DNA from: Candidatus Kaiserbacteria bacterium RIFCSPHIGHO2_01_FULL_53_31
Lineage (GTDB): Bacteria > Patescibacteriota > Minisyncoccia > Phycocordibacterales > Phycocordibacteraceae
DNA: 64,000 nucleotides
Direction of reading: 5' to 3'
Assembly: GCA_001781095.1 (NCBI GenBank)
Contig: MFKU01000010.1
Span: 14,254-78,253 of the forward strand
The number at the start of each line of letters is the position of its first letter. The first letter of the stretch is position 1. Shown here in pieces: positions 29,420 to 38,011 of the stretch. The notes beneath the pieces were generated by a model. It ran no database searches and had not been told where the DNA came from. It was given only the letters and a program-made list of their open reading frames with translations. The position numbers were made by a program, and so were the translations under genes.

Positions 29420-30370
29420 CTAGAGCTGGACCTTGCTAAGTGGTGGGTAGAAGCTAGGATCAATCGTGCGCTCAAAGCAATAGTTCCCAGTCGGGTGCTG
29501 CCAATTGTCTACACCCTTAATACCTGCTGGCCGTGGAACCATATCGCCAGCAACAGAAGACTGGGTGCCGCGACTTTGACTGTTGAAGTCCGCGCAAATC
29601 TTAAACGTTAACGAGCCAGTCGCTTCATATCCGTACGCTGCTTGAGTTTGAGGATCATTCGGTACGGGGCCATACATAAGAGGATTATTAAGATCTTCTA
29701 TATTTGCCGGCAAAGCTCGCTTGGCCTGATAATAACTCACGACTTGCGACTGGATATTTTGCAGATCGTTTACCTTTTGCGCGTCGAAGCGGGCGAGTCG
29801 CGCTTGTGCCGGCGTACCGACGATAAAGAATCCCGAGACGATCGCCGCCGCAAGGATACCAGCGACACCAATACTCACATATCGCTTACGCATCGGGAAC
29901 GCCATCCAGTACCCGCGCAGGTCAGCGATGAAGTGCATAAACACACCGGCTGCAACCAAGAAGATGACGAGAATCTTGAGCAGGAATGATGTTGTGAGCT
30001 CTTCGCCATTTAAGAAGGTTGTGAGAAGCGTGACCAAGTCACCAGCGATCGCGAGACCTGCGACAAAGAGTGTGAAGATGATTGCCCAGCGGCGCACCCA
30101 GATCTCGCCGCGCGAAGGATCGCGCGCGATGTCGCCTCGGATAACGCGCATGAGGGCGAGATATACTGGGAACAGAATAATGATTGATGCCATCTGGAAG
30201 CTTATACCGCTTTGATATGGATCGACGGGATAATAGGTGAGCGCGTTCGGAAACGTGTAGTCAATGTAACTAAAGAGAAGAAAGATGAACGCGATGATAC
30301 TCCAATAGAAGGCGATGATCGCACCCGCCCACAAGAAGAAATCTTTTGGTGTTGTGTGTGGTTTGTCCAT
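29420..30370 (-). CDS. Membrane protein (DUF5671-like) with pilin-like C-terminal domain
   Basis: About 5 TM helices, then GTPAQAR..RFD..KVNDLQ.I, DPQT..Y.Y, ICADF, GNYCF. Confidence 0.7.
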   Translation of the reverse strand: MDKPHTTPKDFFLWAGAIIAFYWSIIAFIFLLFSYIDYTFPNALTYYPVDPYQSGISFQMASIIILFPVYLALMRVIRGDIARDPSRGEIWVRRWAIIFTLFVAGLAIAGDLVTLLTTFLNGEELTTSFLLKILVIFLVAAGVFMHFIADLRGYWMAFPMRKRYVSIGVAGILAAAIVSGFFIVGTPAQARLARFDAQKVNDLQNIQSQVVSYYQAKRALPANIEDLNNPLMYGPVPNDPQTQAAYGYEATGSLTFKICADFNSQSRGTQSSVAGDMVPRPAGIKGVDNWQHPTGNYCFERTIDPSFYPPLSKVQL

Positions 30371-30417
30371 AGGGCGAGATTATACCATGCAAACCAAGCC
30401 CTGAACATATAAAAATG

Positions 30418-30450
30418 AATCCCCGACGCGGCGTTGCCGCGTCGGGGATT
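30418..30450. terminator. Terminator of the 30486-31119 cassette
   Basis: aatccccgacgcggc-gtt-gccgcgtcggggatt perfect 15-bp stem. Confidence 0.8.
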
Positions 30451-30485
30451 TGTCCATCGTAGCTCGCAGAGCAGATGTTATCTCT

Positions 30486-30695
30486 TTATCGTTCTCCGCT
30501 GGTCAGACGGAAACCCGATGGCAAACTGCTTGCATGTTGAACGACGTGTGCCGCGCACCGGGGACACATCGGTGTCATGATTGGCAACGTATCGTGCGTC
30601 ACTCCGACTGCGCTCTCGTGGCTGAGTGGCGTACCACAACGACATGCCTTTAGGCGCGTTACCGCCTCAGTGACACTCTCACGTCCGATATTCAT
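30486..30695 (-). CDS. Orphan small protein with CxC...CPRC (possible zinc finger)
   Basis: SD AAGGAAAGGAG 6 nt before ATG. Confidence 0.6.
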   Translation of the reverse strand: MNIGRESVTEAVTRLKACRCGTPLSHESAVGVTHDTLPIMTPMCPRCAAHVVQHASSLPSGFRLTSGER

Positions 30696-30732
30696 AGTCA
30701 GCTCCTTTCCTTAGTTGCGATCAAGTGAAGTG

Positions 30733-31119
30733 TTATCGATGCGGATCGCCTCTTATCTCGTCCGTCACCTCTACGAGTTTCTGGAGGCGTACGCCGCTGA
30801 CGATAATGACTTCGTCAACCCCGAAACTGAAATTGGTAAGGAACGAAAGCGGAAATCCGTGATCGTTCCACCATCTTGCAGCTGCCGGATGGCTGTCTGC
30901 TAGGATTTTCAGGGCCTCTTTTTGAGGGACGATTACACACTCCCTTCTGTCCTTTCTCACTCGTCCCGATTCAAGACCAATCTCGGCACCCGTAATGTAG
31001 CCGGCCGTTGGATAGCATGGAAGCACCAGCCCTACCCACGCAGCGCGTATTTCTTCGGGGGCCTCTCCTCTTGGGATCTTAGTTACTTTCACTCGTCCTG
31101 TTGCTCCTGATGATTTCAT
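30733..31119 (-). CDS. Hypothetical protein (128 aa)
   Basis: SD AGAAAGGAG before ATG 31119; P.GEAPEEIR.AWVGL.LP motif; TTGACA upstream. Confidence 0.7.
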   Translation of the reverse strand: MKSSGATGRVKVTKIPRGEAPEEIRAAWVGLVLPCYPTAGYITGAEIGLESGRVRKDRRECVIVPQKEALKILADSHPAAARWWNDHGFPLSFLTNFSFGVDEVIIVSGVRLQKLVEVTDEIRGDPHR

Positions 31120-31175
31120 CACAACTCCTTTCTCCGGTATCAAAATAAGCTTTCTGTGGAAACTGTCAACTTCAT

Positions 31176-32273
31176 TTATCCATGCAGGAATACGATAACG
31201 TCGCTGTCTTGGACGATATATTCTTTGCCTTCAGTGCGGACTTTGGCGGCTTCTCGCGCGGCGGCGTAGCCACCGAGCGCGAGAAGATCTTTTGCCGGCA
31301 CCACTTCAGCACGGATAAACTTCGTTAGGAAATCAGTGTGAATAGCGGCGCCCGCGACGGGCGCCGCGCTACCCCGCGTTATCGTCCACGCCCGCGTCTC
31401 GTCTGGGCCCGTCGTGAAGAATGAAATCAAGTCGAGTGTTCGATATGCTTCTGTAATAAGCGCAGCGAGACCGTCTTCTGGCACGCCCAATTCTTGACGA
31501 AATGTCGAACGATCTTCATCGGCAACATCATTCAATTCGCGTTCAGTCGCGGCGTCGAAGAACATATAGTGAGACCCGAGTGATTTGATGAGCTCATAGG
31601 CACGCTCAGCGCGCCCGTCAGCGAGCTCGTCGAGATTGTGCCCGCCGCTCTTCTTGTTAAGTGCATAGAGAATCGGCTTCATCGTGAGAAGGTTCAACGG
31701 CTGCACGCGCTTCTTCTCGTCGTCAGTGAGACCCGCATGGAACGCGAGCTTTCCGGCCGCGAACCCTTGCTCGAGCTTCGCGAGTGCTGCCTCCTCGGCG
31801 ACTGCGTCCTTCAGTCCCGCCTTTATATCCCGCACGAGCTTGTCGCGACGTTTACGCACCTGTTCTGAATCAGCGAGCACAAGCTCGAGATTAATCACCT
31901 CGATATCTTTATAGGGCTCAACATCTTGATCGACATGCAATATGTTCGGGTCGTCAAAGAATCGCACTACCTGCAAAATTGCATCCGTCTCGCGGATGTT
32001 CGCGAGGAACTGGTTCCCGAGCCCCTGCCCTTCTGCGGCACCCTTCACGAGCCCTGCGATATCGACAAACTCAATCGCCGCGGGAATTATTTTCTTGCTC
32101 TTCGACAGAGCGGCGAGCGCTTCCAATCGCGGGTCAGGCACACCCACGACACCGACCGCAGGGTCGATGGTGCAAAAGGGATAATTCTCACAGGGCACGG
32201 ACGCCTTGGTGAGCGCATTAAAAAGCGTGGACTTCCCGACGTTCGGCAGGCCTACGATCCCTATCTTCAACAT
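31176..32273 (-). CDS. ychF: Ribosome-binding ATPase YchF
   Basis: [33 protein letters not shown]. Confidence 0.97.
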   Translation of the reverse strand: MLKIGIVGLPNVGKSTLFNALTKASVPCENYPFCTIDPAVGVVGVPDPRLEALAALSKSKKIIPAAIEFVDIAGLVKGAAEGQGLGNQFLANIRETDAILQVVRFFDDPNILHVDQDVEPYKDIEVINLELVLADSEQVRKRRDKLVRDIKAGLKDAVAEEAALAKLEQGFAAGKLAFHAGLTDDEKKRVQPLNLLTMKPILYALNKKSGGHNLDELADGRAERAYELIKSLGSHYMFFDAATERELNDVADEDRSTFRQELGVPEDGLAALITEAYRTLDLISFFTTGPDETRAWTITRGSAAPVAGAAIHTDFLTKFIRAEVVPAKDLLALGGYAAAREAAKVRTEGKEYIVQDSDVIVFLHG

Positions 32274-32428
32274 TAGTAGTATTTATAGCGTAGTTTCCAA
32301 AATACTCCAGAAATTGACACCGGGGCCGCGCTACGCGCGGCCTCGCTTCTGTTGAGATTCCGAGATGCACACGGTATAGTGCGAGCGGACTTGCTTCTAC
32401 TACTGCACAGAATGTCGGGGGAGGACGT

Positions 32429-32680
32429 ATGAAAATTGACAAGTCGTTGAGGGCTGCTATTAGGGAAATCGGTCGGAAAGAATTTCTCCGTTGCATTGTC
32501 GAGTTCGTGCGTGATGCTCGGTTCTGCCTTACGGCCACCGGTCTAGACGAGGAGACCATGCGTGCCGTGATTGAGGCAGAAGCACTGGGCGCTTTCGATG
32601 ACATTCGTATTCCTCAGATAGTAAAAAGGGCCCTACAAAAGCACCCGAATCAGCCTTGCCTCGACGAGTGCGAATCATGA
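32429..32680 (+). CDS. Orphan small protein (83 aa)
   Basis: TTGAGA-17-TATAGT (32352..32380), SD GGGGAGGA, terminator aggccgacgcg-ctc-cgcgtcggcct at about 32694-32720. Confidence 0.6.
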   Translation: MKIDKSLRAAIREIGRKEFLRCIVEFVRDARFCLTATGLDEETMRAVIEAEALGAFDDIRIPQIVKRALQKHPNQPCLDECES

Positions 32681-32752
32681 TAAGCACAAGAGAAGGCCGA
32701 CGCGCTCCGCGCGTCGGCCTAATCTTTTATACAGCATTGTATACAAATACTT

Positions 32753-32780
32753 TGTAATATGTAGAGACCGTATACGGCCT
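32753..32780 (+). promoter_or_regulatory. Putative ECF-sigma promoter, copy 1
   Basis: TGTAAT-N16-CGGCCT. Confidence 0.6.
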
Positions 32781-32786
32781 CATGGA

Positions 32787-32940
32787 GTGCCTCAGGGGTC
32801 AGGTATTGAAACGTCATAGGATTCTGAGAATATCCTGAACCTACGGAAGTCTCCGTCCCGCGATTCTTGGAAATCTAGAACGAGCGATAACCGAGACGTT
32901 CTGTGGAAGTGGAAACACCCTCAAGGGGTGTTTCCATTTT
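32787..32940 (+). ncRNA. Candidate structured ncRNA downstream of the ECF-type promoter
   Basis: No substantial ORF; several hairpins; ends in ggaaacaccc-tcaag-gggtgtttcc plus T tract. Confidence 0.4.
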
Positions 32941-32959
32941 AAACACAAACAAAAACCTC

Positions 32960-33712
32960 TTATTGCGCGATTGTCCACGTCGTTCCTCGTATCGGGAACT
33001 GCCCTTGTACTGCGGCGGCAGTCTCAATTGAGGTCACGTCAATCACAAGCTGCATCCCAATATACGAATCAACGACACGAGTTATGGTGGCCTTTATTGT
33101 GAAGAGGCGCATTTGTCCTGGAGCAAAGTATGCATCGGTGGGCGCAAGGGCTACTCCATTTTGAAAAGGAGTTGAACCTTCAGCGCCGCCGGCTGAGCTG
33201 CGCGAGCCGCCTCTATCGTCTACGGTAGAGAGCCCAATGACAGACTCAGTAGGCGAAGAACCGTTTTGTTCGACCCAAAAGCCTTTGAGTAACGCCCCTT
33301 CTCCCCCGACGTTCGTAATCTGTAGATAAGAAATGGGGACTGATTGACCCGCATGTGCGGTCCCTCCAGTGAGGAGCGGCACACTCGCAATTGCGAGCGT
33401 CGTCGTCCCTACCGCAGTACTCAGAGTGGTGGTGGCTTCGACTGGTGGCGGAGGGATTATTCTAGGAACTGGTTTCGGGACGACGATTGGTACCGTGACC
33501 GCTTTTTTATGGACGGGAGGAGATACCAGCGCAGGTACTGGAGCAAGTGGCGAGGATGTCGCGATTTCTACACTGACTTCCGGAGTTGACGTTGCGATCC
33601 TGGTCGGTTGTGCGTATCCGAAGAAAGAGATAATTGGAATAAAGATCACGAGAAATATCGCTCCAATGGCGTGAAGGGTTGTTGAGGCTAACGAAAATAA
33701 AGTTGTGATCAT
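32960..33712 (-). CDS. Hypothetical membrane-anchored protein with Pro/Thr-rich linker and beta-rich domain
   Basis: N-terminal TM helix, ATST/PVP linker. Confidence 0.7.
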   Translation of the reverse strand: MITTLFSLASTTLHAIGAIFLVIFIPIISFFGYAQPTRIATSTPEVSVEIATSSPLAPVPALVSPPVHKKAVTVPIVVPKPVPRIIPPPPVEATTTLSTAVGTTTLAIASVPLLTGGTAHAGQSVPISYLQITNVGGEGALLKGFWVEQNGSSPTESVIGLSTVDDRGGSRSSAGGAEGSTPFQNGVALAPTDAYFAPGQMRLFTIKATITRVVDSYIGMQLVIDVTSIETAAAVQGQFPIRGTTWTIAQ

Positions 33713-33785
33713 TTTTAGTATAGCTTACATAGGAATAAGGACACCCGGCGAAGAGCGTCCCTATTCCACTCGCGTGACTCGATGC

Positions 33786-34037
33786 TTAAATGTGCTTGCC
33801 AACAATATTATTGTATTGGCTGGTGAGCAGAAGAACTCCACTGTGTTCATCGATGTTGAACGCGGTCGCGATTGCCGACATCCAGTCGTTCGCCGTGACG
33901 GTGCTGACCTCCATATTTTGAGTCACGTACGCATAGGTTGCAGCGTGAGCAAAGCTCGGAAGCGCCAGCGCGAAGACACTTGAAGCAGCGATACCTGCGA
34001 CGAGAAGAGATGCGGAAAAACGATTAAAAGTAGTCAT
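33786..34037 (-). CDS. Small secreted hypothetical protein (83 aa)
   Basis: Signal peptide ending AHA-A; ECF-type promoter upstream. Confidence 0.7.
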   Translation of the reverse strand: MTTFNRFSASLLVAGIAASSVFALALPSFAHAATYAYVTQNMEVSTVTANDWMSAIATAFNIDEHSGVLLLTSQYNNIVGKHI

Positions 34038-34111
34038 ACATTTGTAGTTAATTTGATTTGCAGAAAGAGCGCTAGTAGAAATAATGTCGACCTCACTGGA
34101 ACCTACTTACT

Positions 34112-34139
34112 ATGCCGTACACGCGCGTCTTGCATTACA
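34112..34139 (-). promoter_or_regulatory. Putative ECF-sigma promoter, copy 2
   Basis: TGTAAT-N16-CGGCAT on the minus strand. Confidence 0.65.
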
Positions 34140-34143
34140 GGGA

Positions 34144-34500
34144 TCAACCTTCTTGGTTGTTCAATTTGACCGCAGCCTCAGACGTTGACACCGTCTTTCC
34201 CATCAAGAACAATTTGACAATGCCGATGGCAATCATCCAGTACACAAGCATCGCGAGAAGTGTCGTCCACTCAAAGACATTGTAGGCCACCTGCGAGACC
34301 TGAAATACGCTGAGAAATGGAGCGGCAAACGGATAGGTGATCCCATAGATGAAACTACTGAATCCGGCACCAGCATTTGCTCCAAAGAGCTTCAATGCAA
34401 GGCGGAATGCGAGCAGTACTTCTAGGAGACCGAGTATGTACCAGACAATTTGTGTACCCCGATAGAGAGGCTTCGTACTAGGAGAATTATATGAATCCAT
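34144..34500 (-). CDS. YggT-family membrane protein
   Basis: LLAFRLALKLFGAN...FIYGITYPFAAPF...TTLLAMLVY. Confidence 0.8.
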   Translation of the reverse strand: MDSYNSPSTKPLYRGTQIVWYILGLLEVLLAFRLALKLFGANAGAGFSSFIYGITYPFAAPFLSVFQVSQVAYNVFEWTTLLAMLVYWMIAIGIVKLFLMGKTVSTSEAAVKLNNQEG

Positions 34501-34511
34501 AATATTTTTTA

Positions 34512-34643
34512 TTAACTCAGCAGTTGAATAATAACTATGATAAGAGCAATGACGAGTAACGTATGAATTACGTTCCCACCGAGGTGAAAGCTAAATCCAA
34601 GAAGCCACAGAATGACCAAGATGACGACAATTGTCCAAAGCAT
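34512..34643 (-). CDS. lmo0937-like (DUF5670) small membrane protein, 43 aa
   Basis: Below the ORF-track cutoff: MLWTIVVILVILWLLGFSFHLGGNVIHTLLVIALIIVIIQLLS. Confidence 0.85.
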   Translation of the reverse strand: MLWTIVVILVILWLLGFSFHLGGNVIHTLLVIALIIVIIQLLS

Positions 34644-34687
34644 ACTGTGTGAATAATGGGTAAAAGAGGGTTCAGCTCTTATGTCTG

Positions 34688-34715
34688 GAGCCGTCCATCT
34701 ACGCGTTCGGTGACA
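34688..34715 (-). promoter_or_regulatory. Putative ECF-sigma promoter, copy 3
   Basis: TGTCAC-N16-CGGCTC on the minus strand. Confidence 0.55.
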
Positions 34716-34722
34716 CTGTCTT

Positions 34723-35235
34723 TTATGAGTGCTTGTATAACTGCTTCAGCTTCGCGAGCCCCCGGTGCAGTTGCACTGCAATCGTATTCTTCGATTTGCC
34801 CGTGATAAGCGACATTTCTTTTAAGGAAAGATCTTGCACGTATCGCATACGCATGACAGTCTGATACTGCGGAGGCAAGCGAGCGATTAAGAGCAGAGCC
34901 GCCTTCCCATCGAATATATTTACTAGTTGCTCTCGAGAATCGACACTTGGTTCATACCCCTTTTCAAGAAGTGAATCCAAGGAAGCGTTTCTGCGCTTAC
35001 GATATTCGTCCACGATGAGATCATTCAGAACGTGGTAGAGGAAGGACTTCATCACGTCAATTTTCCCTTCTCTCACAAGATACTTCCAAGCTTTCATAAA
35101 CGTATCCTGAACTAAATCATCACTCATTGCGCGGTCGTGGAGTTTAAAAAATGCACGCGTAGAAAGTCCGCTCGAATAGGCGTGATGAGCTTCAGTTAGT
35201 ATGTCCTGCTGCTGTTTCTCCTTTTGAGGAGTCAT
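34723..35235 (-). CDS. ECF (group 4) RNA polymerase sigma factor
   Basis: Region 2 DDLVQDTFMKAW...FLYHVLNDLIVDEYRK; region 4 LPPQYQTV..MRY..DLSLKEMS...TIAVQLHRG; start ATG 35235. Confidence 0.92.
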   Translation of the reverse strand: MTPQKEKQQQDILTEAHHAYSSGLSTRAFFKLHDRAMSDDLVQDTFMKAWKYLVREGKIDVMKSFLYHVLNDLIVDEYRKRRNASLDSLLEKGYEPSVDSREQLVNIFDGKAALLLIARLPPQYQTVMRMRYVQDLSLKEMSLITGKSKNTIAVQLHRGLAKLKQLYKHS

Positions 35236-35243
35236 ATAAAGAC

Positions 35244-35271
35244 ATGCCGGGGCGAGCGACACCACATTACA
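35244..35271 (-). promoter_or_regulatory. Putative ECF-sigma promoter, copy 4 (autoregulatory)
   Basis: TGTAAT-N16-CGGCAT, 8 nt before the sigma ATG. Confidence 0.7.
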
Positions 35272-35347
35272 GAGGTATTACAGTCTTGACAGATTGAGGA
35301 GAAGTTACACACCGATAGTATAGCATATTGTGCAAACATCATCTTTC

Positions 35348-35375
35348 TGTAATAAGCGCCGCCTCCTCACGGCTC
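35348..35375 (+). promoter_or_regulatory. Putative ECF-sigma promoter, copy 5
   Basis: TGTAAT-N16-CGGCTC, 7 nt before the PAS gene ATG. Confidence 0.7.
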
Positions 35376-35382
35376 TAAGTAT

Positions 35383-35976
35383 ATGAACAAAAATAGTGGA
35401 GATAGGGTGAAGACGTTTGTCGCGATTCCCCCCGAATTTGTTGAGAGGGTGTGGGAAGAAAGTTGGACATATATCAAGACGGTAGTAGATATCGTGCGAG
35501 AACCAATCCTGATTCTCGATAAGGACCTGCGTGTCATGGCGGCTAATGATTGCTTTTATCAGACCTTTCAGGTGGAACGCAAGGATACTGAAGGGAAAAT
35601 TGTATACGACCTCGGGAACGGCCAATGGGATATCCCTGCCCTTCGGAAACTCCTTGAAGATATTTTGCCGAAGAACTCCTTTTTTAAGGGTTTTGAAGTA
35701 GAGCACAACTTCCCATTCATTGGTCGTAAGGTGATGATTTTAAATGCTCGCCAAATTCACTTTAAAGAAGACGCTGCCGCAAAACTCTTCCCGCCCACAA
35801 TTTTTCTCGCAATGGAAGATGTTACCGACATGATGGCCGTCGCCGAGACGCTTGCGGGACATGCTAAACAGTTTGAAGCAAAGCTCACGGAACGAACCCA
35901 ACGGCTCGAAGCGCAAATCAGTATATTATCAAGGGAATTGAATCTGCTTAAAGAGAAGACTTTACGTACTCACTAA
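35383..35976 (+). CDS. Stand-alone PAS-domain protein with C-terminal coiled coil
   Basis: VVDIVREPILILDKDLRVMAAN..FY..F...YDLGNGQWDIPALRKLLE...GRKVMILNAR..LAMEDVT; no kinase or output domain. Confidence 0.88.
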   Translation: MNKNSGDRVKTFVAIPPEFVERVWEESWTYIKTVVDIVREPILILDKDLRVMAANDCFYQTFQVERKDTEGKIVYDLGNGQWDIPALRKLLEDILPKNSFFKGFEVEHNFPFIGRKVMILNARQIHFKEDAAAKLFPPTIFLAMEDVTDMMAVAETLAGHAKQFEAKLTERTQRLEAQISILSRELNLLKEKTLRTH

Positions 35977-36125
35977 AAACCCCGGCCGTATGGCTCCGGG
36001 GAAATCAAGGTCAAAGGTTGATAAAAAAGTCCGTCCGCAGAATTGCATAATCTTGTTATTTCCCAAATGAAAGCTATAGTACACACGGATCCAGATCCCA
36101 TAGATTACGAGAAAGGAGGTTCGCG

Positions 36126-36380
36126 ATGAAGAGACCTATGCGACGCCGGCGAATGGCAAGAGGAGCTCTCAAGAAATATCTTGAAGGACGATTGACTCCG
36201 TACATTAACAGGATATGCAAGACCGTTGTCGAGAACGGAAAGGCTTCTACCCAGGCGACGCTGGCGGTCACACAGCTCGTGCACGATAGCATCGCTCAAA
36301 TCAGGGTCTATAGCATGGTGACCAAAGGGATGCGGCGCGCGACCCGCGAACAGAAGCGCCTGAAGGAAGCACTCCACTAA
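36126..36380 (+). CDS. Orphan basic small protein (84 aa)
   Basis: SD AGAAAGGAGG; promoter at 36053..36080. Confidence 0.65.
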   Translation: MKRPMRRRRMARGALKKYLEGRLTPYINRICKTVVENGKASTQATLAVTQLVHDSIAQIRVYSMVTKGMRRATREQKRLKEALH

Positions 36381-36404
36381 CAGAAGCGATAGAGGAGGTG
36401 TGGC

Positions 36405-36470
36405 ATGTGGCGATTACTCGTTGTGTTGCTTCTGGGAATATTGTGGCTTCTGCATGTCCCGGAAGCGTGA
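36405..36470 (+). CDS. 21-aa hydrophobic peptide MWRLLVVLLLGILWLLHVPEA
   Basis: SD GAGGAGGT; followed by the hairpin attcgctcggcagg-tgaac-cctgccgagcgaat. Confidence 0.5.
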   Translation: MWRLLVVLLLGILWLLHVPEA

Positions 36471-36604
36471 GCTATTCGCTCGGCAGGTGAACCCTGCCGA
36501 GCGAATTCTGTCATTGTTGTTGAAGCTTGCTATTTCACACGTGAAAGATATAGTGCTGAACGGACCGCGTTCACAAAAAACAGACCAGAACCGAGGAGGT
36601 GGTC

Positions 36605-36895
36605 ATGTGTGAGGAAATGGGCAACAAGAATAACGGGTACACGCGAGATCTCGCGACAGAGATCGCGCAGGATCTCGACATTCCCGTAGATAGCGTGCTG
36701 ACAGCGCTTGGACTGAAATACGATGTCGAGGATGTCATCATCAGACGGAATCTCGACCGAGCGACGACGAAAGAAAAGGTGCGAGCGCTGCACGAGAGTT
36801 GTCGGCGCGGTAGCGAGACCGAATCAGTCGCTATCCGCAGATTCGCCGATGTCGTCCTAAAACAAGAGGCCGCGCTTCGAGGCGCATGTCTCTGA
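36605..36895 (+). CDS. Orphan small protein (96 aa)
   Basis: SD GAGGAGGT before ATG 36605; promoter at 36527..36554. Confidence 0.65.
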   Translation: MCEEMGNKNNGYTRDLATEIAQDLDIPVDSVLTALGLKYDVEDVIIRRNLDRATTKEKVRALHESCRRGSETESVAIRRFADVVLKQEAALRGACL

Positions 36896-36911
36896 AAGGA
36901 GGGTTAGGGGA

Positions 36912-37097
36912 ATGTACCAAACACACGAAGATACGAAACGGCGGATTCTCAGAGGCAAGCTAGCGCTTGCGCGTAGCGTCCGAAAGGCTGCGTATGAGGC
37001 AAGTTCGGGCATTATCTACAACCTCGAGGTCGAGCTACGGCTACTCGGAAACGGTCTGACGAGACCGCGTGCACGAAACAAACGGAAAACGGACTAG
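36912..37097 (+). CDS. Orphan basic small protein (61 aa)
   Basis: Purine-rich SD AAGGAGG...AGGGGA. Confidence 0.5.
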   Translation: MYQTHEDTKRRILRGKLALARSVRKAAYEASSGIIYNLEVELRLLGNGLTRPRARNKRKTD

Positions 37098-37187
37098 AAC
37101 CGGATCGGCGTTCGTATCACTGCGTACGCCGACCCTCACCATTTTATCGGCGGGGTGGTGTATGATCACATCTGGAGGAAAATTGCT

Positions 37188-37379
37188 ATGATTCTGACAC
37201 GAACAGAGCGAAGACCATTCATCAAACCCAGCAATCGGTTCTCCCGGCGTCACCAGCTGCTCATTCTCAATCTGCCAAAGGTCCCACTCCAGGATCGTTT
37301 GCGCGCAGTAGGCATCGTAGTCTGGAACAAGCTTCGCGTTCGTTGGGACAGCCTCATGTGCGCGCTCGGTTGGAGTTGA
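37188..37379 (+). CDS. Orphan basic small protein (63 aa)
   Basis: SD GGAGG before ATG 37188; terminator-like stem plus T tract at about 37388-37431. Confidence 0.5.
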   Translation: MILTRTERRPFIKPSNRFSRRHQLLILNLPKVPLQDRLRAVGIVVWNKLRVRWDSLMCALGWS

Positions 37380-37580
37380 ACCGGTATAGGCTCACGGAAG
37401 GCCCTCGGGACACCGTGGGCTTTCCTTTTTTGTTGGCAACAATAATTATCCCCACCCAACTTGCGTCTTATCGGCATTTCTGTCATACTAATCTCACTCG
37501 CAGAGTATTAGAGCTTCGCAGCGTCCACAAGACCTCAAAGTGTTCAGTTTCGGCGAGGTTAATTAAGTTAAATCCAATTC

Positions 37581-37940
37581 ATGGACACAGCATCAGTACA
37601 GGGAAACAAGCTTTACGTAGGCGGTATTCCCTATCGCTCGACAGAAGACGATATGAAAAAGGCCTTTAGCGAGGCTGGTACAGTCGTTTCTGCGAGCATT
37701 ATTAGCGATCGTATGACCGGCCGCTCACGCGGTTTCGGCTTCGTCGAGATGGCCTCCGAAGCAGAGGCGCAAGCGGCGATCGATCGTTGGGACGGCAAGG
37801 AGATGGACGGGCGGACGCTCTCAGTATCCTTCGCTCGCCCGCAGGGTGATAGACCTCCTCGTCGCGAAGGCGGCTTTGGTGGTAGTGATCGCGGCGGCTA
37901 CGGCGGTGGCAACGGCGGATACGGTCGCGGCGGATATTAA
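37581..37940 (+). CDS. RRM RNA-binding protein with Gly-rich tail
   Basis: RNP2 LYVGGI, RNP1 RGFGFVEM, RGGYGGG tail. Confidence 0.95.
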   Translation: MDTASVQGNKLYVGGIPYRSTEDDMKKAFSEAGTVVSASIISDRMTGRSRGFGFVEMASEAEAQAAIDRWDGKEMDGRTLSVSFARPQGDRPPRREGGFGGSDRGGYGGGNGGYGRGGY

Positions 37941-38011
37941 TCTCTCGTCGAGATAGCACAATGCTCGCTCCGAAAGGGGCGGGCGTTTTGCATATATGCT
38001 AGCGTCTGCAC

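Noticed and set aside
29390-29436. Two short similar segments around the 29420 stop (caaggttgaactct / caaggtccagctct)
   Set aside because: Possibly decayed REP halves, but neither forms a convincing palindrome.
30380-30392. ychF tail echo (tgcatgg-t-ataa) after the 30.5-31.1 kb cassette
   Set aside because: About 12 nt and better explained as the extended -10 promoter of the gene starting at 30370.
36126-37379. Prophage remnant
   Set aside because: Small strong-SD ORFs look phage-like, but there is no integrase, structural or replication gene, or att site; kept only as orphan cassettes.
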